Shown here: piece after piece, positions 1 to 9,267 of the stretch | Layout of the letters: each line of letters begins with the position of its first letter | Position numbering within the stretch: the stretch's first letter is position 1 | DNA from: Armatimonadota bacterium | Lineage (GTDB): Bacteria > Armatimonadota > Fimbriimonadia > Fimbriimonadales > GBS-DC | Length of the DNA stretch: 64,000 nucleotides | Reading direction: 5' to 3' | Assembly: GCA_037444405.1 (NCBI GenBank) | Contig: JBBIML010000007.1 | Span: 96,001 to 160,000 of the forward strand | Made by a program: the position numbers and the translations under genes | Notes under the pieces: generated by a model | Told to the model about the DNA's origin: nothing | The model's input: the letters and a program-made list of their open reading frames with translations, nothing else | Databases searched by the model: none

Positions 1-2
1 TG

Positions 3-350
3 ATGTTGGCGCTGGTGCGCAGTTTTGAGGTGAGCGGCGGCGCCGATCTCACAGCGGTGGCTCAGCGGGGGCTGGCAGGCATGCTGGAACTGACGGGTGG
101 CGTCATGGTGCTGTGCATTCAGATTGCGGCGCCGGCGGGCGGCGTGCTGCTGATTGTGGATGCGGCGATGGCGGCGGTGTCGCGCGCGGTGCCGCAGGTG
201 CCCATCTGGCTGGTGGGCATGCCCGCCAAAATCGCGATCGGCTTCGTCGCGCTGGGCGCGAGCCTGCCCGTGATGGTGGGCATCAGCCTGCGCATGACGG
301 AGCTGACTGCCCGATTCCTTGCCGACTGGCTCAAAGCGCTGGGCGGCTGA
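3..350 (+). CDS. fliR: Flagellar biosynthesis protein FliR, C-terminal part (5' end outside window)
   Basis: 'IQIAAPAGGVLLIVDAAMAAVSRAVPQVPIWLVGMPAKIAIG' matches the FliR/SpaR C-terminal signature. Confidence 0.85.
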   Translation: MLALVRSFEVSGGADLTAVAQRGLAGMLELTGGVMVLCIQIAAPAGGVLLIVDAAMAAVSRAVPQVPIWLVGMPAKIAIGFVALGASLPVMVGISLRMTELTARFLADWLKALGG

Positions 351-392
351 TGGGGCAGGAGAATGCGCGCCCCACGCGGTATCTGTGAAGGG

Positions 393-1034
393 ATGATTTT
401 TGTCAAGATTTGCGGCATCACGCGCCTGCAGGACGCGCAGGTGGCGATCGAGGCGGGCGCGGACGCGCTCGGCTTCGTGTTCGAGCCGCGCAGCCCGCGC
501 CACCTGCCCCTGCGAGCCGGCTGGCAGGATTGGCTGTCCACTCTCAGAGGCGCCCAGCGCGTGCTGGTGATTGCCGACCCCGCCAACCTGCCCGCCGAAT
601 GGCAACTGTTTGAGGCAATCCAGTGCAATCTGGTAGAGGGTGTGGATGCCGAATCGCTGAAGCGCATGCTGCCGCCCCTGCCGCTGTGGCTGGCATTGCG
701 GGTCAAGCCTGCCGACGCGCCCGAATCGCTGCTGGCGGTGATGCGGGCATTCGAGCCGTATGTGGAGCGGTTCGTGCTGGACAGTTATCATCCCACCATG
801 CCCGGCGGCACGGGCGCTGTTCACGACTGGCGACTGGCACAGATGGTGTGTGCGCAGGCGCCGCGCCCCGTGCTGCTCGCGGGCGGGCTGAACCCCGACA
901 ATGTGGCGGCGGCGATTCGGCAGGTTCGCCCCGACGGCGTGGATGTCAGCAGCGGCGTGGAGGCGCAACCTGGCACCAAAGATGCCGAAAAAGTGAAACA
1001 GTTCATTCAGCGCGCGCGGACGCAAGGGGTATAA
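393..1034 (+). CDS. trpF: Phosphoribosylanthranilate isomerase
   Basis: 'VKICGIT', 'GADALGFVF', 'GGTG..HDW', 'LAGGLNPDNV', 'GVDVSSGVE'; start placed at ATG 393. Confidence 0.95.
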   Translation: MIFVKICGITRLQDAQVAIEAGADALGFVFEPRSPRHLPLRAGWQDWLSTLRGAQRVLVIADPANLPAEWQLFEAIQCNLVEGVDAESLKRMLPPLPLWLALRVKPADAPESLLAVMRAFEPYVERFVLDSYHPTMPGGTGAVHDWRLAQMVCAQAPRPVLLAGGLNPDNVAAAIRQVRPDGVDVSSGVEAQPGTKDAEKVKQFIQRARTQGV

Positions 1035-1040
1035 TCGCGC

Positions 1041-1322
1041 ATGGTGGCGATGCGTCGGTTGACCGCGATTGTGCGCGGGCGAGTGCAGGGTGTGGGCTAT
1101 CGGATGTTCGTGCTGGAGCATGCGCGACGGCTGGGTTTAAAGGGCTATGTGCGCAATCTGCCCGACGGCGAGGTGGAGGTCGTGGCTGAAGGCGACGAGA
1201 CCGCCCTGCATACGCTGATTGCCCACCTGCAGAGAGGTCCCATCGGCGCGATGGTGCGTGAGGTGGAGACCCACTGGAGCGAGCCGACAGGCGAGTTTGA
1301 GCAGTTTTTCATCGCGCGATGA
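1041..1322 (+). CDS. acyP: Acylphosphatase
   Basis: 'GRVQGVGYR' and 'GYVRNLPDGEVE' signatures. Confidence 0.95.
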   Translation: MVAMRRLTAIVRGRVQGVGYRMFVLEHARRLGLKGYVRNLPDGEVEVVAEGDETALHTLIAHLQRGPIGAMVREVETHWSEPTGEFEQFFIAR

Positions 1323-3475
1323 GAGGGGCGGTTCCCGCACTGCTGTTGTGCCTGCTGATTTCCGCGCGGGCAGAGCCACGCCTGGTGCTGGTGCTGGTTC
1401 ACGAAGGATTGACGCCGGAGCAACTGAGTGGCGACATTCCGCACCAGTCGGCGTGGATGCTGTGGAAGCGCGTGCCAGCGGTGCCCGATACTGCCGAGCC
1501 GTGGCTGATGGGGCGTGCGCTGGTGTTTGCAACGGGGCGTCGGCTGCCCGCGGATGCGAGCGACGGGGTGGTGTTGATGGACAACGCGCCGTTTGAGCGC
1601 GGCACGGCGTGGCAGGCGTTTCGGCGGCGCACGGGGACGACACCGCCCCGACCGGCTCTGCTTGCGCTCAACGCGGGTGGTTTGAGCCGACGGGAGGTGC
1701 TGCAACACACGATGGGCGCACGCCTGCAACGCGCGGGGCTGACAGGACTCTATCTCGTTACGCCCGAATCGCCCCCGCCCAGTCCCTACGCGCTGATCGG
1801 GGTCAACCGCGACGGTTATATGCCCGTGCGCGCCTTCCCCGATTTTGAGAGCATGCGCGTCGCTCTGCCCGCGCTCGACGCCGACTGGGTGCTGATCGAG
1901 ATGGCACGCTGGGACTACGCCGCGCTGGAGCTGCTGATGGCGGAGGGCATCGAAACCTGGGTGGTGAGCCTTCAGCCGCCCGATGGCGGTCTGGACGGCG
2001 TCGCGCGACTGACCGCGATTGTGCGCTATGCCGCCCGTGAGCCGACCGGTCTGCTCACTTCGGCGTCCACACGCTGGACAGGGCTGATTATAGAGGCGGA
2101 CCTTGTGCCGACGCTGACGCGAGCGATTGGGGGCGAATCGGTGAACTGGCGGGAAGCCGACGGCGTGCCCGCGTTCAACGCGAGCGAATCGGACTGGCAC
2201 GCCTTCTGGAACGGGCAACTGCTGCGCACGGGCACGCGCGCCCTGCGCCAGACGATGGGGCTGAGCGACCGCCGCGATATGCTCACCCGGATCGAGGAGC
2301 ACTGGCGCATTCAGCATGAGCTGGCGCCCGTGCTGCTCATTGTCGTCGCCGCGATTGGCACTGTGTGGGTTCTTGGCGGGCTTGGGCTGTGGTGGCTTCA
2401 GCGGCTGGGCGGCTGGCTGCGCTCGTTCTATCGGGTCGGGCTGGCGGTGCTGCTGCTGTTCCCAGCCGTCGCTATCTGGTACAGCTACTGCCCGTTTGAG
2501 CTGTGGACAGGCGATCGGGCAGGCGATGCGTCGGTGCTGGTGGGCTGGCTGGTGGCAGGCTGGGTCGTTTTGAGCCTCGTGATGGCGGCGCTCATCCACC
2601 GGCTGGAGATGCCGCCGCTCAGCGCGGCGGGCGCTGTCGTGCTGCTGGTCATCCTGCTCGATATCTATTTTGCGGGCGGCTATGGCGTCAATCGCTCGCT
2701 GATGGGTCTCTATTTATGGGAGGGGGCGCGCCTGTACGGACTGGACAACACCTATCTGGGGATTGTGCTGCCGCTGGCGCTGCTTGCGCCCGCGAGCTGG
2801 CTGGAGAGCGTCGGGCGCCATCGCCCTGGAGGGCGCGGGCTGATGGCGCTCACGGCGTTCTACGCGCTCCTTATACTTACCTTCGGGCTGCCGATGCTGG
2901 GTTCGAACCTGGGTGCGTGGGCGCCGATGGCGCTGGCGTTCGGCTGGATGCTGAACGCGCTGCTGCCAGAGCACGTATCGGCGAGCTGGCGCACGCCCCT
3001 GCCCGGTCGCTGGTTGCTGCCTGCGTTGCTGGCGCTCGCGTTCATTGCGATGATGCTGGTCGTCTGGCTCGATTCGCGCCAGCACTGGCGGCTACAGTCG
3101 CATTTCGGGCGGGCGTGGCAATCGATGCTGGCAGGCGACTTCGGCATGCTCATCGGGGCGAAGCTGACGGTGGCGCAGCGGGTGATGTTCTCCTTGCCGA
3201 TGATAGCGGCAGTAGTGGGCTTCGGGCTGCTCGCGCTGGCGGTTTGGCAGTGGTTGCGCCTGCCGCTGGTTCGGCTCTGGCACGGCATCAACGCGCTGCG
3301 CTCGGCAATCTATGCCTGTGGGGTGGGCGCAATCGCCGCCGTGCTGTTCAACGATTCGGGGCTGGTGACCGCCGCGCTGATTGCTGGAGGCGTCGTGCTG
3401 TGGCTGCTCGACGCGCTGGTCAGCCAGGTGGAGTGGGTTCAACTGCCCACAAACGGACATCGCAGGGGATTTTGA
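1319..3475 (+). CDS. Conserved hypothetical polytopic membrane protein with exported N-terminal domain
   Basis: Signal peptide, soluble region ('GLLTSASTRWTGLI'), then many hydrophobic segments with 'GARLYGLDNTYLG', 'QSHFGRA', 'LFNDSG'; ATGA overlap with acyP. Confidence 0.75.
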   Translation: MRGAVPALLLCLLISARAEPRLVLVLVHEGLTPEQLSGDIPHQSAWMLWKRVPAVPDTAEPWLMGRALVFATGRRLPADASDGVVLMDNAPFERGTAWQAFRRRTGTTPPRPALLALNAGGLSRREVLQHTMGARLQRAGLTGLYLVTPESPPPSPYALIGVNRDGYMPVRAFPDFESMRVALPALDADWVLIEMARWDYAALELLMAEGIETWVVSLQPPDGGLDGVARLTAIVRYAAREPTGLLTSASTRWTGLIIEADLVPTLTRAIGGESVNWREADGVPAFNASESDWHAFWNGQLLRTGTRALRQTMGLSDRRDMLTRIEEHWRIQHELAPVLLIVVAAIGTVWVLGGLGLWWLQRLGGWLRSFYRVGLAVLLLFPAVAIWYSYCPFELWTGDRAGDASVLVGWLVAGWVVLSLVMAALIHRLEMPPLSAAGAVVLLVILLDIYFAGGYGVNRSLMGLYLWEGARLYGLDNTYLGIVLPLALLAPASWLESVGRHRPGGRGLMALTAFYALLILTFGLPMLGSNLGAWAPMALAFGWMLNALLPEHVSASWRTPLPGRWLLPALLALAFIAMMLVVWLDSRQHWRLQSHFGRAWQSMLAGDFGMLIGAKLTVAQRVMFSLPMIAAVVGFGLLALAVWQWLRLPLVRLWHGINALRSAIYACGVGAIAAVLFNDSGLVTAALIAGGVVLWLLDALVSQVEWVQLPTNGHRRGF

Positions 3476-3482
3476 AACCTTC

Positions 3483-3513
3483 TGGAGTGCGGAAGCCGTG
3501 CTTCCGCACTCCA
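3483..3513. repeat. Intergenic palindrome (REP-like hairpin)
   Basis: TGGAGTGCGGAAGC-cgt-GCTTCCGCACTCCA, perfect 14-bp stem, no U-tract. Confidence 0.75.
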
Positions 3514-3561
3514 TAGGTGCCTGCAAGGATTTCGCCGCCCTTGAGCGAAACAGGGAGTGGG

Positions 3562-4635
3562 ATGCAGATTGCGTTCACGACCTTCACGGTGCAGAAGCGG
3601 TTTCCGCTGACCATCAGTCGGGGCACGACGGCGCAGACCACCAATGTGTGGGTGCGGGTTCAGGCAGATGATATCGAGGGCTGGGGCGAGGCGTCGCCCT
3701 TTTCGATTGGCGACCACCGCCAGCCGACTGAGAGCCTGCTTCGGGCGATGGAGCAAGCGCGCGAACAGCTCGCCGACCTGCACCCCCTGCAGCGCCAGCA
3801 GGTGGAAACGTGCCTGCGCGAGATGGAACTCCCCTCCGCTGCCCGCGCCGCCATCGACATGGCGCTGCTCGACTGGCTGGGCAAACGCGCGGGGCTACCC
3901 CTGTGGCAGCTGATGGGGCTGGCACGCGAGCGGATCGTGCCCACCTCCGTGACGATTGGCATCAACCCGCCCGAAGTCGCCCGCCAGCGCGTGCGCGACT
4001 GGCTCCAGCTCACCCATGCCCGCGCCCTCAAAATCAAGATGGGCAACCCCGACGGCATCGAAGCGGATCAGGCGATGCTGGAAGCCATTCGCGAGGAGCT
4101 GCATAGCCTGAACCAGCGCGTCGCGCTGCGAGTGGACGCGAACGGCGGCTGGAGCCTCGCCGACGCCCAGCGCATGGTTCGCTGGCTGGCGGAGCGCGGG
4201 GTGGAATATGTGGAGCAACCGCTCCGCCGCGGCGAGGAAGACGCCCTGCCCGAACTCTATCGCCACACGCCCATCCCCCTCTTTATCGATGAAAGCTGCT
4301 TCGACAGCCGCGATGTGGTGCGCTTCGCCGACCGCGTTCACGGCATCAACATCAAGCTGATGAAGTGCGGGGGTATCACGGAGGCGGTGCGGATGGTGCA
4401 TACGGCGCGCGCGCTCGGCTTGCAGGTGATGTACGGCTGCTACTCGGACAGCAGTCTCGCCATCAGCGCGGCGGCGCAAATCGCCCCACTCGCCGACCAT
4501 CTCGATCTGGACAGCCATCTGAACCTGTTGAACGACCCGTTCGAGGGCGTGTCGCTGATGGATGGGCGTGTGCTACCGTCGGACGCGCCAGGGCTGGGCG
4601 TGCGGCTGAAAGCGATGCTTAACGACGATGCTTGA
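3562..4635 (+). CDS. Dipeptide (L-Ala-D/L-Glu) epimerase, enolase superfamily
   Basis: 'GWGEA', 'KIKMG', 'RVDANGGW', 'VEQP', 'IDES', 'NIKLMKCGG', 'DLD'; RBS GGGAG before ATG 3562. Confidence 0.9.
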   Translation: MQIAFTTFTVQKRFPLTISRGTTAQTTNVWVRVQADDIEGWGEASPFSIGDHRQPTESLLRAMEQAREQLADLHPLQRQQVETCLREMELPSAARAAIDMALLDWLGKRAGLPLWQLMGLARERIVPTSVTIGINPPEVARQRVRDWLQLTHARALKIKMGNPDGIEADQAMLEAIREELHSLNQRVALRVDANGGWSLADAQRMVRWLAERGVEYVEQPLRRGEEDALPELYRHTPIPLFIDESCFDSRDVVRFADRVHGINIKLMKCGGITEAVRMVHTARALGLQVMYGCYSDSSLAISAAAQIAPLADHLDLDSHLNLLNDPFEGVSLMDGRVLPSDAPGLGVRLKAMLNDDA

Positions 4636-5851
4636 GGGTCTCCGGGCGTGTGTGGGCAGTGAGGGCGTTCTGGACGAAAATGCTCGCTACGCCATCGGTG
4701 GGCGCGAGCCGCCCCTCGTGCTGGCGCCGCAAAGCGAGCAGGAAATCGTCGCCCTGATCGAGCATGCGAAGGGCTATCGGCTGCCATTCGCGATTGCGGG
4801 CAGCGGCACGCACCTTGGCGCGATTTGTCCGCCTGAACCTTACAGCTGGACGCTCTGCACCCTGCGTCTGAACCGATTGATCGACTATGCGCCTGCTGAT
4901 CTGGTCATCACGCTCGGTGCCGGGATGCGCCTGAGCGAGGCGCAGGCGATTCTGGGTCAGCACGGGCAGTACCTGCCGTGGAACCCGCCGCTGCCCGATG
5001 AGGCGACGATTGGCGGGATTGTGGCAAGCGGGCGCAGCGGCGCGTGGCGCTTCCGACACGGCACCCCGCGCGACCGCCTGTTAGCTCTGCGTGCCGTGCG
5101 CGGCGACGGTACACCCTTCAAAAGCGGCGCGAAGGTGGTCAAAAGCGTCGCGGGCTACGACCTCCATCGGCTGATGTGCGGCAGCTGGGGCACGCTCGGC
5201 GTCATCACAGAGATCACACTCAAGGTCGCGCCGTTGCCCCCTGCGCGTCAGGCGGTGCAAATCGCCATCCCCCGCTGGGATTCGGTCGAACCGACGCTCG
5301 CGCAGCTGATGCAGGCGCCCCTCCAGCCTGAGCGACTCGATCTGGTGCGCATCCCATCGCTGACGGGTGTGGAGGCTCCGATTCTGCTGCTGGAGTTCGC
5401 TGGCTCGGAGGCAGGCGTCGCATGGCAACTGCGCTGGCTGCAGGAGCAGGGCTTTGAGGCGAATCCCGTGCCCGCTGAGTGGCTGGAACGACTGCGCGAC
5501 TGGCTCGCCCCGCGCCAGCATCACCTGCTGCTCAAGCTGCTGATGCGCAGCAGTGAGGTCGCCGACTGGATGGCGCGACTGTCGGCTGTTGAGGGTTGTA
5601 ATCTCTATGCCCATGCGGGCAGCGGCGTGCTGTATGTCAGTTGTGAAGCGGATGAGCCAGCGAAGCAGGCGCTTCAGGCGTTGCAGGGCGCGAGTGCGGG
5701 CGTCGGGACGCCGCGCTGGTACGCCCTGCAGATGCTTCCATCCCTCCATGAGGACGAGCTGCCCACACCCCTGCACGCCGAACGCCGTTCACCCCTCGCC
5801 CAGCGCCTTAAAAGCGTTTTTGACCCCCACTCGCTACTGCCTCCGCTGTAG
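4628..5851 (+). CDS. FAD-binding oxidoreductase, glycolate oxidase GlcE-like
   Basis: 'ATIGGIVA', 'GAKVVKSVAGYDLHRLMCGSWGTLGVITE', C-terminal 'LKSVFDP'. Confidence 0.85.
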   Translation: MLEGLRACVGSEGVLDENARYAIGGREPPLVLAPQSEQEIVALIEHAKGYRLPFAIAGSGTHLGAICPPEPYSWTLCTLRLNRLIDYAPADLVITLGAGMRLSEAQAILGQHGQYLPWNPPLPDEATIGGIVASGRSGAWRFRHGTPRDRLLALRAVRGDGTPFKSGAKVVKSVAGYDLHRLMCGSWGTLGVITEITLKVAPLPPARQAVQIAIPRWDSVEPTLAQLMQAPLQPERLDLVRIPSLTGVEAPILLLEFAGSEAGVAWQLRWLQEQGFEANPVPAEWLERLRDWLAPRQHHLLLKLLMRSSEVADWMARLSAVEGCNLYAHAGSGVLYVSCEADEPAKQALQALQGASAGVGTPRWYALQMLPSLHEDELPTPLHAERRSPLAQRLKSVFDPHSLLPPL

Positions 5852-6398
5852 GTGATTTGCGATTCAGCCACGCAAAGGCGACAAATCCCCACAGGATGCC
5901 GATCAGGACACCTGTTAGCACATCGGAGGGGTAATGCACGCCCCGATAGATACGGGACAGTCCCACCAGTGTCGCTATTAGCCAGCCGAACCAGCCGAGC
6001 CAGCGATAGCGCGTGCCCCGCACCATCAGCCACAGCCAGCACGCCAGCGCGAACGCTGTCGCCGTGTGTCCCGACGGAAACGAGTTCGCATAAATGCGCT
6101 CATCGGGCGCCACCAGCACATCGGGCAGATTCGATGGACGCGGGCGCGGAAACAGGTGCTTCAGAATCTGAACCGTCGCACCGCTGCCCAGCCACGCCAC
6201 CAAGCCGGGCAGAAACAGTTGCCGCCACCGATGTTGCCAGCGCACGCACAGCGTCGCCGTTAGCAACAGAATCAGCTGCACCCAGCCCAGCCCCAGCGAG
6301 GTGAAACACCACATCAGTGGGCTGACCAGCGGATGGTGCAGCCCGTGATTGATTGCGTAGAGAACCTGCCGATCCCACTCCTGCAACCACTCCGTCAT
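5808..6398 (-). CDS. PAP2-family membrane phosphatase (undecaprenyl-PP phosphatase-like)
   Basis: K-x6-RP, 'SFPSGH', 'SRIYRGVHYPSDV' motifs. Confidence 0.92.
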   Translation of the reverse strand: MTEWLQEWDRQVLYAINHGLHHPLVSPLMWCFTSLGLGWVQLILLLTATLCVRWQHRWRQLFLPGLVAWLGSGATVQILKHLFPRPRPSNLPDVLVAPDERIYANSFPSGHTATAFALACWLWLMVRGTRYRWLGWFGWLIATLVGLSRIYRGVHYPSDVLTGVLIGILWGFVAFAWLNRKSPTAEAVASGGQKRF

Positions 6399-6913
6399 GG
6401 TGAACGAACAGACTTGGAGTGCCCGTCTGCAAAGCCGATGTTATTTACCTCTTTAATATGGCGGGGCGGGCTGGGCAGGCTGGTCACGGGATCGTGCGCG
6501 TTCCAGGCGAGATTGGAGGAGTCGTACACCAGCGGCGTTTGTGCGGGGTTTGCAACGGTTGCCATCTTCTGGCGTGAGAGGCGCACATTCATCGCGTAGC
6601 CGTAGCCCTGCCCATACCGCACGGACGGGCAGCGATAGGTGTCCGGGTCATGCACATAGGGGCGGGTAAGATCGCCCCAGCGTGAGGCTTGCGGGAACCG
6701 ATTGCCATAATCGTTGGCGTACATCTGCTGGGCTAATAGCAGCTGCCGCAGATTGCTCAGGCACTGCGTCTGACGCGCTGCCTCGCGCGCCTGCACGAAC
6801 ACGGGGAGCAGAATCGCGGGGCAGACGAAGCAGCTGGCAAGCACGCAGAAACCCAGCCCGATGAGCATCACAATCAGCCACGCGGGCGTCCGCCGGGTCG
6901 GTTGCACGCTCAT
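6395..6913 (-). CDS. Prepilin-like/DUF1559-type protein with H-X9-DG-like C-terminus, membrane anchored
   Basis: 'AILLPVFVQAREAARQTQCLSNLRQL', 'YRCPS', 'GYAMN', 'H..NIGFADGHSK'; no GFxLxE cleavage motif; start ATG 6913. Confidence 0.8.
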   Translation of the reverse strand: MSVQPTRRTPAWLIVMLIGLGFCVLASCFVCPAILLPVFVQAREAARQTQCLSNLRQLLLAQQMYANDYGNRFPQASRWGDLTRPYVHDPDTYRCPSVRYGQGYGYAMNVRLSRQKMATVANPAQTPLVYDSSNLAWNAHDPVTSLPSPPRHIKEVNNIGFADGHSKSVRSP

Positions 6914-6946
6914 AGTGGGGTTATGATACCCGATAAGAGTCGGGCG

Positions 6947-7050
6947 GTACGGGCACGGTCTCCGTGCCCCTACAACCGTGCCCGTGCAACGGTTCGGACG
7001 CCCGTGCAACGGTTCGGACAATGGTACAGGCGCGGGCACCGCGCCCCTAC
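6947..7050. repeat. REP-like cluster: two GTAG-type palindromes flanking a 20-bp tandem duplication
   Basis: GTACGGGCACGG-tct-CCGTGCCCCTAC (6947-6973), GCCCGTGCAACGGTTCGGAC x2 (6980-7019), GTACAGGCGCGG-gca-CCGCGCCCCTAC (7024-7050). Confidence 0.8.
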
Positions 7051-7682
7051 TCTGCAATCCAAGCGGGTTCGCTGATGAGCGAGCGCTGGCGTTGCAGGTA
7101 GTCGCGCACCACCTGCGCGATGCTGCGCCCTATGCTGGAGGCGATTTGATCCTTGCTCCAGATTCGGAAGTAGCCGAGTGCGCCGCGCGCCAGCGGCGCG
7201 GTGGTCGCCACGCGATAAGTGCGTTTCGGGTCGAGCTTCGCACCCGCGATAATCACACTGCGTATGCGCTTGCCCGGCTCCGCTTTCGGGTCGAAGCGCA
7301 CTTCCGCGCCTGTAAGCTGCAGGAAGGCGTTGTTCTTCTGCGGGTAGAGTTCGACGGAGCGCTCCAGCGCCTGCAGGAGCTGTTCGCCCGTCAGGTTCAG
7401 CACCACCACCTCGTCGTCAGGATAGCGCAACGCCTTCAGCAGGGCATCGATGGGTTGCTGACCGGCGGGCAACTGCAGGCTCTCGTCAAAAAAGGCGGCG
7501 CCCAGCATGGCTAAATCGGCGCCCGTTGCCGCGCGCAGGGCGTCCACCAGCGTCTGGGCAATCGGGTTCGCACCCTCACCCACATTCTCCATCGAGACCG
7601 CGCGCGACAGCTGAACCGTCTGGGCAGATGAGAGGCCCAGTCCAAGCCCAACCATCACCGCTATCAACCACAGTTTTCGCAT
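7047..7682 (-). CDS. Secreted stand-alone 5'-nucleotidase C-terminal domain protein
   Basis: Signal peptide; 'DALRAATGADLAML', 'LTGEQLLQALERSV', 'FLQLTG..FDPK...GKRI', 'YRVAT'. Confidence 0.8.
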   Translation of the reverse strand: MRKLWLIAVMVGLGLGLSSAQTVQLSRAVSMENVGEGANPIAQTLVDALRAATGADLAMLGAAFFDESLQLPAGQQPIDALLKALRYPDDEVVVLNLTGEQLLQALERSVELYPQKNNAFLQLTGAEVRFDPKAEPGKRIRSVIIAGAKLDPKRTYRVATTAPLARGALGYFRIWSKDQIASSIGRSIAQVVRDYLQRQRSLISEPAWIAE

Positions 7683-7759
7683 ATTCAACTCCCGACAGGC
7701 GTCGCGCCTATCTGTTTAGGCAGTGGCTTGTGGCTTCCAGCCCAAGCAAGCCCCTGCGC

Positions 7760-8888
7760 CTATCTGTTTATATCTACGACCGAGCGGCGTGAAGCGTTCC
7801 ATCGCAGATAGGCTTCGATGAAGCCGTCGATCTCGCCGTCCAGCACCGCCTGCGCGTTGCCCGTTTCATAATCGGTGCGGTGGTCTTTCACCAGCGTGTA
7901 GGGGTGCAGCACATAGGAGCGGATCTGGTGTCCCCATTCGGCGGGCACGGTATCGCCTTTGAGCTGCTGAAGTTTCTGCTCCTGCTGGCGGCGGTAATAC
8001 TCGGCGACGCGGGCAGCCAGCACTTTCATCGCGACGGCGCGGTTCTGATGTTGCGAGCGCTCGTTCTGGCAGCTGGCAGTGATGCCCGTCGGGATGTGGG
8101 TGATGCGCACCGCCGATTCGGTCTTGTTCACATGCTGTCCGCCGTGCCCGCTTGCCCGATAGGTGTCGATGCGCAGGTCTTCGGGATTGAGCTGGATGGC
8201 GGTTTCTTCGATATCGGGCATCACTTCGACGAGGGCGAAGGTGGTGTGGCGTCGGCGGTTGGCATCGAACGGCGAGATTCGCACGAGGCGATGCACGCCA
8301 TGCTCCGATTTGAGCAGTCCGTAGGCGTAGTCGCCCTCGATCAGCACGCCGACGCTGGCATAGCCGACGACGCTGCCGGGCGTCTCGTCCACGATTTCGG
8401 CGCGGAAGCCCTTGCGTTGCGCCCAGCGCAGGTACATGCGCAGCAGCATCTGCACCCAGTCGCACGCTTCCGTGCCGCCCGCGCCCGCGTCGATCTCCAG
8501 CAGGGCGTTATGGCGGTCGTACTCGCCGCTCAACAGGGTGAACAGATCAAGCCGATCCACCTCGCGCTTGAGCGTTTCGACCTGCGCGGCGACCTCGCGG
8601 GCGGTCGCATCGTCGTACTCCATCTGGAGCAGGTTGAGCCACTCCTCGCATTCGCTAACAGTGGCGAGCAGTCGCTCGTACGGTTCGATGCGATTTTTCA
8701 GGCGGGCGATGGTCTGCATCGTTGCCTGCGCCCGCGCAGGCTCCGCCCAGAAAGCAGGGTCCTCGGTCTCGCGCTCCAGCCGCGCGAGCTCCGCCTTCAG
8801 ATTGGCGATGTCAAAGATGCTCCCCGATCGCCTGCAGGCGTCGGCGAGCCTCCTGAAGCGATTCGCTGATGGTCCGCAAATCCAGCAT
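7760..8888 (-). CDS. prfB: Peptide chain release factor 2, with programmed +1 frameshift
   Basis: SPF and GGQ motifs; upstream ATG 8888 reads MLDLRTISESLQEARRRLQAIGEHL-TGA, and the +1 frame continues DIANLKAE into the long ORF. Confidence 0.95.
8810..8825 (-). promoter_or_regulatory. RF2 +1 frameshift signal
   Basis: Minus strand GGGGAG-CAT-CTTTGAC: internal SD, 3-nt spacer, CUU-UGA-C. Confidence 0.95.
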
Positions 8889-8906
8889 TTTTCAATCCCT
8901 CAACGG

Positions 8907-9230
8907 TTAATCAAGATGCCTTTTCACGCGCTCTTCGATGACCCCTCTGGGCAATGCGCCCACAATCTGATCCACAATCAGCCCGTTCTTGAACAGCAAC
9001 AGCGTTGGGATGCTCATAATCCCGTACCGGATCGCCAGCCCCTGTTCCTGATCGACATCCACCTTCAGCACCTTGAGCTTATCGGCATACTGGGTTGCCA
9101 GCTCTTCCACAATCGGCGCGATCAGGCGGCACGGCGCACACCAGACCGCCCAGAAGTCGACCAGCACTGGCACAGGCGATTGCAACACTTCGGTTTCCCA
9201 TTCGCGTTCTGTAACGGCTCTTGCTGCCAT
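8907..9230 (-). CDS. trxA: Thioredoxin
   Basis: 'VLVDFWAVWCAPC', 'IMSIPTLLLFKNG'; RBS GGAGG upstream of ATG 9230. Confidence 0.95.
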   Translation of the reverse strand: MAARAVTEREWETEVLQSPVPVLVDFWAVWCAPCRLIAPIVEELATQYADKLKVLKVDVDQEQGLAIRYGIMSIPTLLLFKNGLIVDQIVGALPRGVIEERVKRHLD

Positions 9231-9267
9231 CGTTTTTCCCTCCAGCGGGATTATACCCGATGAGTCG

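Noticed and set aside
5688..5722. Possible REP remnant in the GlcE-like gene ('ASAGVGTPRWY')
   Set aside because: Weak, imperfect symmetry in GC-rich coding DNA; no matching copy identified
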